Shown here: positions 52,572-61,487 of the stretch, piece by piece
Position numbering within the stretch: position 1 is the stretch's first letter
How the letters are laid out: every line of letters begins with the position of its first letter
Virus record (IMG/VR): IMGVR_UViG_3300000217_000002
Coordinates: 1-63,560 of that record
DNA: 63,560 nucleotides
Strand: one strand, 5' to 3'
From: a virus
Notes under the pieces: model-generated
Seen by the model: only the letters and a program-made list of their open reading frames with translations
Told to the model about the DNA's origin: nothing
The model's database searches: none
Position numbers and translations under genes: made by a program

Positions 52572-54701
52572 ATGGTACTGTCGCCCCGCGAACTTATGCT
52601 TCGCAAGATCAAAAACTTCTTCGGTGTGAAGCGCATTCTGTTTCACGATATCGAGACCTTTTCCGAATGCGATCTGCGCAAGACCGGCGCGTCGGTCTAC
52701 GCCGAGCATCCGACAACCGAAATCCTAATGGGCGCATACTCTTTCGACTTCCAAGAACCGAAAGACTGGGACAAATATGCTGACCAGATGGGCGATTTCG
52801 ATACACCCACTGAACCGCCGCAAGAATATTTGGATGCTCTGACAGACCCGACGGTTCTCAAGGTCGCCCAGAACGCAGGTTTCGAATACACGATATTCAA
52901 GAATGTCCAAGGCGTGTGCATCCCGCACGAACAGACCGTCGACACGATGATAATGGCCTACTATCTATCCTTCCCCGGCGCGTTGGATAAGTCCGGCAAG
53001 CTGGTGGGTCTTTCCGAAGACAAGCAGAAAACCAAGGACGGTAAGAGGCTGATCCGGATATTTTCGGTGCCCGCCAAACCTCTGAAAAGACAGCCGGACC
53101 GCACCCGTATATGGCCATGGGACAAGCCCGAAGATTGGGCCGCATACAGAGCATATAACCGACAGGATGTTACGTCGATGCGGGAGATATTCCTGCGCCT
53201 GTCGAAGTATTCTCCGCCGATGGAGATATGGGAACAATGGTGGGAAGACCGTCGGATCAACGAGCGAGGCGTCCCGGTAAACCAAGAGATGGCCGTGCAA
53301 GCCATGCACATGTACGATCGCTACATGGTGATGAACACCGAACGCCTCGGAGAGATCACCGGCCTGTCCAACCCCAACAGTCGAAACCAATTACTTGGGT
53401 GGTTGGCAGACTCCGGGGAGTACGTCTTCGACAACCTCCGGAAAGCGTCCGTGGCCTCGGCGCTCCGGGAAGAGCATTTGATCCCGGAAGACCCGGACGT
53501 CAAGGAAGCCCTCGAACTTCGATCTGAACTGTCCAAGACCTCAGTCACCAAGTACCGTAGGTTTCGAGATTGCGTTTCCCGAGATGGCACTATCAAGCAA
53601 ACCTTGCAATTCGGTGGGGCGGCCCGAACCCTTCGGTGGGGTGGACGACTCATCCAACCCCAGAACATGAAGAACCCGTCCGACATCATCGCAGAAAACA
53701 TGCCCTTGATAGCAAAGCTTATCGAAGAAGGGAACTGGGATGCTTTGGAGATCATCCGTGGCGATGTCATGGCTGCTCTGGCCGAAGCCATCCGGGGGAC
53801 AATCCAAGCACCACCGGGACACCTGATATGCGACGCCGACCTTTCGGCAATCGAGAACGTGGTCCTTGGGTACGCCTCTGGAGATCAGAAAATTCTCGAT
53901 GTCTTCCGGTCGGGCAAAGACCCGTACATATCTTTCGCCCAATATATGTACCACCAATCGTACGACCATCTCTGGCACGAGTACAAGGTCGAGAAGAACG
54001 GTAAGAAACGTAAAGTCAGTAAACCGGCGGTTCTTGGTTGCGGGTATCGGCTCGGACCGGGCAAAAGATATATCGACGAATCCTCGGGCGAGGAAGCGGC
54101 CACAGGTCTTCTCGGATACGCTAAGGCCATGGGTATCGAACTGACCGATGACGAGGCTGAAACATCGGTTCGGGTCTGGAGGGAAACGTACTCGGATGCC
54201 GTCAAATTCTGGTACAATTTGGAACGCGCGGCGTTTGATACTTTGAGGACTGGACGCCGGAACGAAGTCGGCCCGGTGAGTTTCGACATCAAAGGCAAGT
54301 TCCTACGGTTGAGGCTGCCCTCGGGTCGCCACCTCCACTACTATAAAGCCCACATTCGTCTTGCGAAAACCCCGTGGGGTGAGATGCGCGAGAACGTCCA
54401 CTACTATGGACAGAAAGAACAACATTGGTGTCTTCAGTCCACCCACGGCGGGAAGTTCACGGAGAATATCTGCCAAGCCATTGCGCGGGATATACTGCAA
54501 CACGGATTGTCTCTGGCTCTGAAGGAAGGTTTAGACGTATTCCTTCACATCCATGACCAAATCCTTATACTGGCCCCGGAAGCCGAAGCCGAAAGACAAT
54601 TGAAGATACTCATGGACTGCATGAGTGAGCGCCCATCGTGGGCACCCGATATTCCGTTATCCACTGGCGGGTTTATCACCACACACATGACGAAGGACTG
54701 A
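52572..54701 (+). CDS. Family A DNA polymerase with a 3'-5' exonuclease domain
   Basis: Exo motif LFHDIETFS. Polymerase motifs DADLSAIENVVL, RKVSKPAVLGCGYRLG and FLHIHDQILI. 709 aa. Confidence 0.85.
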   Translation: MVLSPRELMLRKIKNFFGVKRILFHDIETFSECDLRKTGASVYAEHPTTEILMGAYSFDFQEPKDWDKYADQMGDFDTPTEPPQEYLDALTDPTVLKVAQNAGFEYTIFKNVQGVCIPHEQTVDTMIMAYYLSFPGALDKSGKLVGLSEDKQKTKDGKRLIRIFSVPAKPLKRQPDRTRIWPWDKPEDWAAYRAYNRQDVTSMREIFLRLSKYSPPMEIWEQWWEDRRINERGVPVNQEMAVQAMHMYDRYMVMNTERLGEITGLSNPNSRNQLLGWLADSGEYVFDNLRKASVASALREEHLIPEDPDVKEALELRSELSKTSVTKYRRFRDCVSRDGTIKQTLQFGGAARTLRWGGRLIQPQNMKNPSDIIAENMPLIAKLIEEGNWDALEIIRGDVMAALAEAIRGTIQAPPGHLICDADLSAIENVVLGYASGDQKILDVFRSGKDPYISFAQYMYHQSYDHLWHEYKVEKNGKKRKVSKPAVLGCGYRLGPGKRYIDESSGEEAATGLLGYAKAMGIELTDDEAETSVRVWRETYSDAVKFWYNLERAAFDTLRTGRRNEVGPVSFDIKGKFLRLRLPSGRHLHYYKAHIRLAKTPWGEMRENVHYYGQKEQHWCLQSTHGGKFTENICQAIARDILQHGLSLALKEGLDVFLHIHDQILILAPEAEAERQLKILMDCMSERPSWAPDIPLSTGGFITTHMTKD

Positions 54702-55544
54702 ATGAAAATGCCGAGCGACCCTCTAACAGACGTTTTCTACAACGACATAGATGAACAAGGATGTCGTTGTGTTGAATACTTGCAAGAAAGAAACCATGTT
54801 GCCTCTGGCGAAGTGTCAAGGCAGGATATAAGAGAATTAAAAACAGAAGACTTGATTGGGTATAAACAAGCTCATTTCTTTTCCGGCATCGGGTTGTGGT
54901 CTTTAGCTTTCCGAGCTGCCGGACTATTAGATTCAGCCCCCGTTTGGTCGGCATCTCTACCGTGCCAACCTTTCAGTACCAGTGGTAAAAACAAAGGATT
55001 TAAAGATGAACGACATCTCCTCCCCTCTTTCCTCGACCTCGTTAAGAACCAACGACCTCCAATTATTTTTGGAGAACAGGTTGCGAGCCCGGCTGGAAGG
55101 TCTTGGCTCGGACACCTATTCTTACAAATGGACCAAATGGGATATAGGTCGGCAGGAGCCGATCTGTGCTCTGCGGGCGTCGGGGCGGAGAACGTCAGAC
55201 AACGCCTGTATTGGGTGGCCTACGCCGATGGCTTCAGACCGGAAATGGCGCTATTCTTCAACGAAACAAGTGATACGACGACACGAGCTAGGGAAGCAAT
55301 CGGGTTTAGAAGCCGAAGCGGTTGGAACTCCGCCGAAGAACATGTCGAATACAGACCCACTATTTCTGGAGCGTACACGCGTAGGATTAAATCCGGAATT
55401 GAGCCGGTGGTTAATGCAAATTCCCGAAGCATGGGGGCATTATTTTCGTACGGAAACGCGATAAATCCGCGACTGGCCGCGGTATTTGTTAAGAGCGCCC
55501 TAGAGGCGATACGAGACGACAATAGCAGAGGGGGCTCGATTTAA
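54702..55544 (+). CDS. DNA cytosine-5 methyltransferase whose conserved motifs are split between two reading frames
   Basis: The annotated frame carries FSGIGL, PCQPFS, FGEQV, RQRLYW and GNAINPRLAAVF. The overlapping ORF 54982-55464 carries WPTPMASD and LNPELSRWLMQIPEAW. Confidence 0.6.
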   Translation: MKMPSDPLTDVFYNDIDEQGCRCVEYLQERNHVASGEVSRQDIRELKTEDLIGYKQAHFFSGIGLWSLAFRAAGLLDSAPVWSASLPCQPFSTSGKNKGFKDERHLLPSFLDLVKNQRPPIIFGEQVASPAGRSWLGHLFLQMDQMGYRSAGADLCSAGVGAENVRQRLYWVAYADGFRPEMALFFNETSDTTTRAREAIGFRSRSGWNSAEEHVEYRPTISGAYTRRIKSGIEPVVNANSRSMGALFSYGNAINPRLAAVFVKSALEAIRDDNSRGGSI

Positions 55545-55835
55545 ATGGCCAAACGAAGAAAAAACGAAGAAGCTGCGTTCGAACACGACGTCGTCACTCG
55601 CGCAGAAGCCGACGGCTGGGAAGCGCGCAAAGTAAAATACTTATGTCGCCGCGGAGCGTTGGACTACCTGTTCTACAAACACAAGCGGGTAGTTTTCATG
55701 GAATTCAAAAAACCATCCGGAGGCGGAGTTCTTTCGGGCCAACAAAAGAAGGAAATCCGTTTAATGAAGGAACGAGGATTGGAAGCCTACGTGGTGGAGT
55801 CGATGGATCACGCTCGTGAAATTCTGGGTTTTTAA
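55545..55835 (+). CDS. VRR-NUC domain nuclease
   Basis: The ORF is 96 aa. ...GALDYLFYKHKRVVFMEFKKPSG...QQKKEI fits the D...ExK VRR-NUC pattern. It occupies the usual position before the SNF2 helicase gene. Confidence 0.7.
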   Translation: MAKRRKNEEAAFEHDVVTRAEADGWEARKVKYLCRRGALDYLFYKHKRVVFMEFKKPSGGGVLSGQQKKEIRLMKERGLEAYVVESMDHAREILGF

Positions 55836-57370
55836 TGATTGTCGCAAACCGATGGTGTCCGGACGCGCTGATGCGCGATCTAATAGACGGAACTCCTGAT
55901 AGGATTCTGACCACGGGAGATATGGACCCACACCAGCGTCAAATTTCAGACCTTGTTTACAAGAAAAAAGGCGTCATCATCGCCGCCGAAATGGGGTTAG
56001 GTAAAACCGCGTCGGTATTGCACGGCGCTCGCCGATGTTTGGCCAAAGGAAAAGTGGGCCGTTGGCTTATCATCGCGCCCAAAAAAGTGGCTGAAGATAC
56101 GTGGCCGGATGAATTCTGGATATGGGCTTTCGGACGAGCAACTACGTTCAGCCCCATTCTCGGGACGGCGGAACAGCGGCGAGAAGCGATGCAAAGCTCC
56201 GCCCCGTTCCACATCATAAATCGAGAAAACCTACAATGGCTCTGGGCGGAATGCGGCGGCGAGTGGCCCTACGATGGAGTCATAGACGACGAATGTTCTC
56301 GCCGGAAAGCCGGACAAGAACGCTCTGCCGAAGTCAAAAAAACCCGGATGGTCTTCGACGAAGAGACAGGGAAGATGGAGGAAGAAGGGTACATTTCGGG
56401 GGGCAACATCTCCGAATTCGGAGTTCTGGCTGAAGCCCGCCGGTCGGGCATGATACAACGATACGTCGGCATGACCGGCACCCCAACCCCCAATGGTCTG
56501 CTCGATCTTTGGGGGCAGATATTCCTTGTAGACGGAGGCAGACGGCTTTACCCCACATTGAAGGCGTATAAACGGCGCTGGTTCTATGAAAGCCCTTGGG
56601 GCGATAAGAAGATCGAGCCGCACGACCATTCGGAAAGTGAGATCACTGAAATCTTGAAAGACGTCATGTTCGTTTTCCGAGAAAAAGATCACGTCAAACT
56701 CCCACCACTGGTCAAGCAAATACACTGGGTCAACCTCGACCCAGACTCCCTCAAATTGTATCGCGAGATGCAACGGGAATACTGTCTCCAAGATATAGAT
56801 GTAGAAGCGGTTAACAACGGCGTATTGGCCAACAAGCTCCTGCAAATTGCCAACGGCTCGATATACGACACGGAGAAAATTAGTCACCGCGTACACGACC
56901 GGAAGCTGGAAGAGCTGGAGAAAATATATTATGACGCTGGGGATCGCCCGATTCTGGTGGCCTATTCTTTCCAGTTCGACAGAGACGCGATCCTCAAACG
57001 GTTCGGGAATTCCGCCGCGGTATTCGGGGATAGACCCGATGACCTCAAACGCTGGAATGCCGGACAAATCCCCCTGATGCTGGTCCATCCAGCAAGTGCC
57101 GGTCACGGCATGAACTTCCAGTTCGGAACCAACATAATGGTGTGGTACGGCTTGACATGGAGCCTAGAATTGTATCAACAATTCAATAAGCGGATTCACC
57201 GCCGTGGACAAAAAGCAGATCGCGTCTTTCAGAAGATCATCGTAGCCCGGAATACTTACGACGTTCGTCAACTGAAGGCCCTTGAAGTCAAAGGCGCGAA
57301 CCAAGAGAGGATTACCGAGGCGTTCAACGTCATGCGGAATATAGTGGAGCGCGCGAATGGTCGACGATGA
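55835..57370 (+). CDS. SNF2/DEAD-like helicase
   Basis: Motifs AAEMGLGKT, VIDDECSR, MTGTPTPNGLLDLW, AGHGMNFQ and QQFNKRIHRRGQ. Confidence 0.8.
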   Translation: MIVANRWCPDALMRDLIDGTPDRILTTGDMDPHQRQISDLVYKKKGVIIAAEMGLGKTASVLHGARRCLAKGKVGRWLIIAPKKVAEDTWPDEFWIWAFGRATTFSPILGTAEQRREAMQSSAPFHIINRENLQWLWAECGGEWPYDGVIDDECSRRKAGQERSAEVKKTRMVFDEETGKMEEEGYISGGNISEFGVLAEARRSGMIQRYVGMTGTPTPNGLLDLWGQIFLVDGGRRLYPTLKAYKRRWFYESPWGDKKIEPHDHSESEITEILKDVMFVFREKDHVKLPPLVKQIHWVNLDPDSLKLYREMQREYCLQDIDVEAVNNGVLANKLLQIANGSIYDTEKISHRVHDRKLEELEKIYYDAGDRPILVAYSFQFDRDAILKRFGNSAAVFGDRPDDLKRWNAGQIPLMLVHPASAGHGMNFQFGTNIMVWYGLTWSLELYQQFNKRIHRRGQKADRVFQKIIVARNTYDVRQLKALEVKGANQERITEAFNVMRNIVERANGRR

Positions 57371-58025
57371 ATTAGACGCAATGTTGGGGGGCGCGATAGC
57401 GCCAGAACCGGCACCTTTGACACGGGCGGAACGCCGTCGTGCTCGGGCAGAACAAGCGTTAGTGGATAATGAAAAACCGGAATTGCGTTTGGAGCATGTC
57501 ATGAAAGGCGTGTCCGCCACATGGTTGGCGAAGATGATGCGTATGGACTTGGCCGAAGTCAAACGTCGATTGTCGGTGGTGACGCCCATGTCCGGAGCGA
57601 AGAACCAAGCGAAGTATGATCTCAAGACAGCCATGCCCCATTTGGTTGATCCAATCACCGATATTGAAGAGTATCTGAAAAACCTCGACCCCAAAGATTT
57701 ACCCCCCAAGCTTTCCGCTGCTTTCTGGCAAGGTCTTAAAGTCCGTCTACAGACTATGGAGCAAGCTAATCAACTATGGCCCACGGCGACGGTCATCGAA
57801 GCATTTGGGGAGGTGTTTAAGATCATCCGAGCCCAGACCGCTCTTTGGGTCGACACTATCGAAGAGAACAAAGGCATCACCGATGAGCAGAGAGAACTTC
57901 TCAACACCTTGATTGACGCCCTGTCCCAAGACATCTTACGAGGGATGCAAAAATTCGCCAAAGAGCGGGCCACCCGTTCGGAAGTAGTCTGGTTGGAGGA
58001 GTACGCCGATGAGCACGGCTCTTGA
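57357..58025 (+). CDS. terS: Terminase small subunit (DUF1441-like)
   Basis: It lies immediately upstream of, and overlaps, the gpA-type TerL gene. It has an HTH-like segment (VSATWLAKMMRMDLAEVKRRL) and the N-terminal tag DDELDAMLGG. Confidence 0.55.
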   Translation: MVDDELDAMLGGAIAPEPAPLTRAERRRARAEQALVDNEKPELRLEHVMKGVSATWLAKMMRMDLAEVKRRLSVVTPMSGAKNQAKYDLKTAMPHLVDPITDIEEYLKNLDPKDLPPKLSAAFWQGLKVRLQTMEQANQLWPTATVIEAFGEVFKIIRAQTALWVDTIEENKGITDEQRELLNTLIDALSQDILRGMQKFAKERATRSEVVWLEEYADEHGS

Positions 58026-61000
58026 ACTCATCCCAGACGGCCCCACTCTGGAACAATTGATATACGAGATAGCTGTCGAAAGCCGCCCGCTTGAACGCCT
58101 GTCGGTTATCGAGGCGGCAGAGAAGTACGTCTATATCAAACAATACGGAAGTTACGTCGGCCAGTTCCAAGGGAATTTTACCCCGTACATGATCGAACCC
58201 ACCAACCTATTGAACAGTACAGCTTTCATAGGCATGGTATTCTGCGGCCCGGTTCAGTGCGGTAAAGCTCTCGACGTGGACACTCCCATGAGGACTGTAT
58301 CCGGTTGGACCACTATGGGCGCTCTTAAAAAAGGCGACAAAGTGTTCAGCCCTTCGGGTAATCTCACCAAAGTGATATTCGCGACGGAATATCAGTATGA
58401 TAGGGAGTGTTTCGAAGTTCAATTTTCTGACGGTTCGACATTGGTGGCTGATGCTGAACATCAATGGACGGTGCAGAGCATACACCGAAAAATGCCGGAG
58501 ACACTGACAACGAAGCAGATTATCGAACGGGGAATTAAAAGCCGTAAGCAGGCGGTTTTCACTCTACCCCCACACGAACCGATCAAAACTCGAAACAAAG
58601 AGCCTCTATGGGTGGACCCGTATCTGTTAGGATATTGGCTAGGCGACGGCTGTCGTCAGAGCGGATACATTTCAGTGGGAGCAGCGGACGTAGAATCTTT
58701 CATTCGCGAAATGAACACTCGTGGAATCCACGTCGACGAAGTGTCACCGGTTCCCGGTAAGTGCCCTCGTTTCCATGTCAAACAGTCCGGCACGCCGTTG
58801 GCTTTCGTAGAGGGACTAACTCGTATCGGTCTTCGAGAGAACAGACGCCGTGCCGATAAGTTTATTCCAACTTCGTACTTGAACGCAGGTCCCGAGGTTC
58901 GTCGAGAACTGCTAAAAGGACTCATGGATTCGGATGGAACAATCTCTCGACAAACAGGGCGGCGGGTTACGTTCAGTTCGTGTGAAAACGCCTTATCGCA
59001 AGGCGTCCTCCGACTAGCCCAATCTCTCGGGTATAGGCCCCGGCTCAATACGCATAAAGCCGAACTAAACGGGGTTCGAAAAAAAGACCGTCATCGGGTA
59101 ACATGGTCGGTTCAGTCTGCGAGTGAAGTGTTCTCTCTTCCCCGTAAAGCGGCGATAATAGCTACAACCAAACCGCGTACGGCCCAAAGCAGGTGCCTCC
59201 GGATTACGGCCATCCGTTCTGTGGAAACAAGACCTGTAAAATGTATACAAGTCGATGACCCACACAGTCTATACTTGGCCGGACGATCCCTAGTTCCAAC
59301 ACACAATACGCAGTCCATTCAAAGTTGGATCGCCCATTCAGTGATGACTGATCCGGCGGACATGGCCATCTATCAGATGACTAAGACGCAGGCTGCCGAT
59401 TTCACCACCCGCCGGATCGACCGACTCCACCGGGACAGCGAGCAGATCGGAATGAGACTCGCGCCGGGAGCCGCGGCAGACGGACAGCATCGTAAAATAT
59501 ATCGCAACGGCATGATCCTAACGATCACATGGCCTTCCGCGACCGAGTTCGCTTCTAAGTCTATCCCGCGACTGTTCTTGACAGATTACGACCGCATGCC
59601 GATGGACGTTGAAGGGGAGGGCTCCCCGTATGACTTGGCCGCCAAACGTGCAACCACTTTCCGTCGCAATGCGATGACCGTTGCGGAGTCCACTCCTAGT
59701 TTCCCGATACTCGACCCCCGTTGGGCTATGAGCGCCGACAGGCCACACGAAGCTCCTCCGTGCGAAGGTATTCTCGGTCTCTACAACCGAGGCGATCGCC
59801 GTCGCTGGCACTGGCGATGTGTATCTTGCAACGGGTCCTTCGAACCAGATTTCAGTCTATTGAAATGGCCAGATTGCGAGGACTTGCTAGAAGCGGCTGA
59901 ACAAGCCTACATGCCATGTCCTCATTGTGGTCAGGTCTACGAACACACGACGGGTGATGTGCCCGGCAAGAATGAGATGAACGAAGAACACGCCCGATGG
60001 CTCATAGAAGGTCAGCGATGGGCAGAAAACGGCGAGATCATTGGAGTACCAAACCGTTCCAAGATTGCTAGTTTTTGGCTCAAGGGTCCGTGCGCCCGGT
60101 TCCAAACTTGGGAAGATATTGTGTTCGCATGGCTGAAAGCCCAAGAGGCGTATAAGAGCCGCGGGGACGAAACGTATCTACAAACAACGGTGAACACACA
60201 ACAAGCGTTGCCCTATCGCCCTAAGAAAGTCGAACAACTCCGCATGCCCGAGGACTTGAAAGACCGTGCCCGCGACTTCGGCAAGAAGACCGTGCCAGAC
60301 GGGGTCCGTTTTTTGGTGGCGTGCATTGACGTCCAGAAGAATCGATTTGTCGTCCAAGTACACGGCATAGGGCTCGGCGGAGACAAGTGGATTGTCGATC
60401 GTTTCGATGTCGTGAAATCTAATCGTCCGGATGAAAAAGCAGGCGGGTTTATGTGGGTCAACCCGGGAGCGTACTCGGAAGACTGGTTGGCTCTGGTGAA
60501 CGAAGTGCTGCTTAAAAGCTACCCACTCGCTGACGGCTCGGATCGAGAAATGCCGATTAAAATAACGCTTTGTGACTCGGGCGGTTCCGCCGGGGTGACA
60601 AAGAACGCATACAATTTCTACCGGACACTTCGCATGCCCCCTGAAGAGTCCGGCATACCCCCCGGCTTGGCAGCCCGGTTTTTACTCGTCGCAGGTCGTC
60701 CGAAACTTGGCGCACCCCGGCTCCGAATTACTTTCCCAGATAGCAGCCGCAAGGACCGGTTTGCGGGAGCACGCGGTGAGATACCCGTCGGGATGCTTCA
60801 CTCAGATATGCTCAAGAATGAACTCGACGGAGCTTTGGATAGAACCGAACCATTCGGTGGTCGAATCAACTACCCTCTATGGCTGGATCACAACTTCTAT
60901 GTCGAACTTACGGTCGAGGTGAAGAACGAGAAAGGCAAGTGGGAGAACCCGAACAGCTATCGGAACGAAAGTTGGGACCTCTTGACGTATTGTCTGGCCG

Positions 61001-61176
61001 CGTGCATACATCCAGATATCAATATTGAGGCCCCGGACTTCTGGTCCAGCCCACCCGGATGGGCCGAAGAGTGGGATCGTAACGATCTCGTCTTCCATCC
61101 GACTGAAGGAAATAAGCTGATTGCTCCCAAGCGGGAACCGATCGACTTTGAAAAACTTGGATCGGAGGTGGCGTGA
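58009..61176 (+). CDS. terL: Terminase large subunit (lambda gpA family), interrupted in-frame by an intein
   Basis: The exteins rejoin to give GPVQCGK|TQSIQSWIAHSVMTDP (Walker A GxxxxGKT). The long C-terminal region is gpA-like. gpW and the portal gene follow. Confidence 0.85.
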   Translation: MSTALELIPDGPTLEQLIYEIAVESRPLERLSVIEAAEKYVYIKQYGSYVGQFQGNFTPYMIEPTNLLNSTAFIGMVFCGPVQCGKALDVDTPMRTVSGWTTMGALKKGDKVFSPSGNLTKVIFATEYQYDRECFEVQFSDGSTLVADAEHQWTVQSIHRKMPETLTTKQIIERGIKSRKQAVFTLPPHEPIKTRNKEPLWVDPYLLGYWLGDGCRQSGYISVGAADVESFIREMNTRGIHVDEVSPVPGKCPRFHVKQSGTPLAFVEGLTRIGLRENRRRADKFIPTSYLNAGPEVRRELLKGLMDSDGTISRQTGRRVTFSSCENALSQGVLRLAQSLGYRPRLNTHKAELNGVRKKDRHRVTWSVQSASEVFSLPRKAAIIATTKPRTAQSRCLRITAIRSVETRPVKCIQVDDPHSLYLAGRSLVPTHNTQSIQSWIAHSVMTDPADMAIYQMTKTQAADFTTRRIDRLHRDSEQIGMRLAPGAAADGQHRKIYRNGMILTITWPSATEFASKSIPRLFLTDYDRMPMDVEGEGSPYDLAAKRATTFRRNAMTVAESTPSFPILDPRWAMSADRPHEAPPCEGILGLYNRGDRRRWHWRCVSCNGSFEPDFSLLKWPDCEDLLEAAEQAYMPCPHCGQVYEHTTGDVPGKNEMNEEHARWLIEGQRWAENGEIIGVPNRSKIASFWLKGPCARFQTWEDIVFAWLKAQEAYKSRGDETYLQTTVNTQQALPYRPKKVEQLRMPEDLKDRARDFGKKTVPDGVRFLVACIDVQKNRFVVQVHGIGLGGDKWIVDRFDVVKSNRPDEKAGGFMWVNPGAYSEDWLALVNEVLLKSYPLADGSDREMPIKITLCDSGGSAGVTKNAYNFYRTLRMPPEESGIPPGLAARFLLVAGRPKLGAPRLRITFPDSSRKDRFAGARGEIPVGMLHSDMLKNELDGALDRTEPFGGRINYPLWLDHNFYVELTVEVKNEKGKWENPNSYRNESWDLLTYCLAACIHPDINIEAPDFWSSPPGWAEEWDRNDLVFHPTEGNKLIAPKREPIDFEKLGSEVA
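58267..59307 (+). mobile_element. Intein (347 aa) with a LAGLIDADG homing endonuclease domain and a class-3-type signature
   Basis: It starts ALDVDTPMRTVSGW and ends SLVPTHN|T. LAGLIDADG motifs: LLGYWLGDGCRQ and LLKGLMDSDGTI. Block B is AEHQW and block F is VKCIQVDDPHSLYLAG. Confidence 0.75.
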
Positions 61177-61487
61177 TGCCCACGACAGACGAAGAATTCG
61201 CCGCCGCAAAAGCAGAGTTCGAGGCGCGCCGCCGCATGAAATTGCTCACCCGTCTCGAAGAGGCGGAAGACGCTTATCACAAACTCCTGATGGGCACCCA
61301 AGCTCGCGTATTCGTCGATCAAAACGGCGAGCGCGTGGAGTACAAAACAACCGACAGTGGCCGCCTCCGTCAGTACATTGAACGACTTCGCTTCGAATGT
61401 GACCCAAGTACGCAACGCGGGCCTCTGGAGATGACAGTTCAAACCAGTGACGAATTCCTCTTCTTCCTCGAACGAGATATACGATGA
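61173..61487 (+). CDS. Head-tail joining protein (lambda gpW family)
   Basis: LLMGTQARVFVDQNGERVEYKTTDSGRLRQYIERLRFE...RGP parallels lambda gpW [37 protein letters not shown]...RGP. Confidence 0.65.
   Translation: MMPTTDEEFAAAKAEFEARRRMKLLTRLEEAEDAYHKLLMGTQARVFVDQNGERVEYKTTDSGRLRQYIERLRFECDPSTQRGPLEMTVQTSDEFLFFLERDIR

Noticed and set aside
56231-57106. 291-aa minus-strand ORF
   Set aside because: It is antisense to the SNF2 helicase gene, whose motifs are clear. It has no RBS or neighbouring minus-strand genes.
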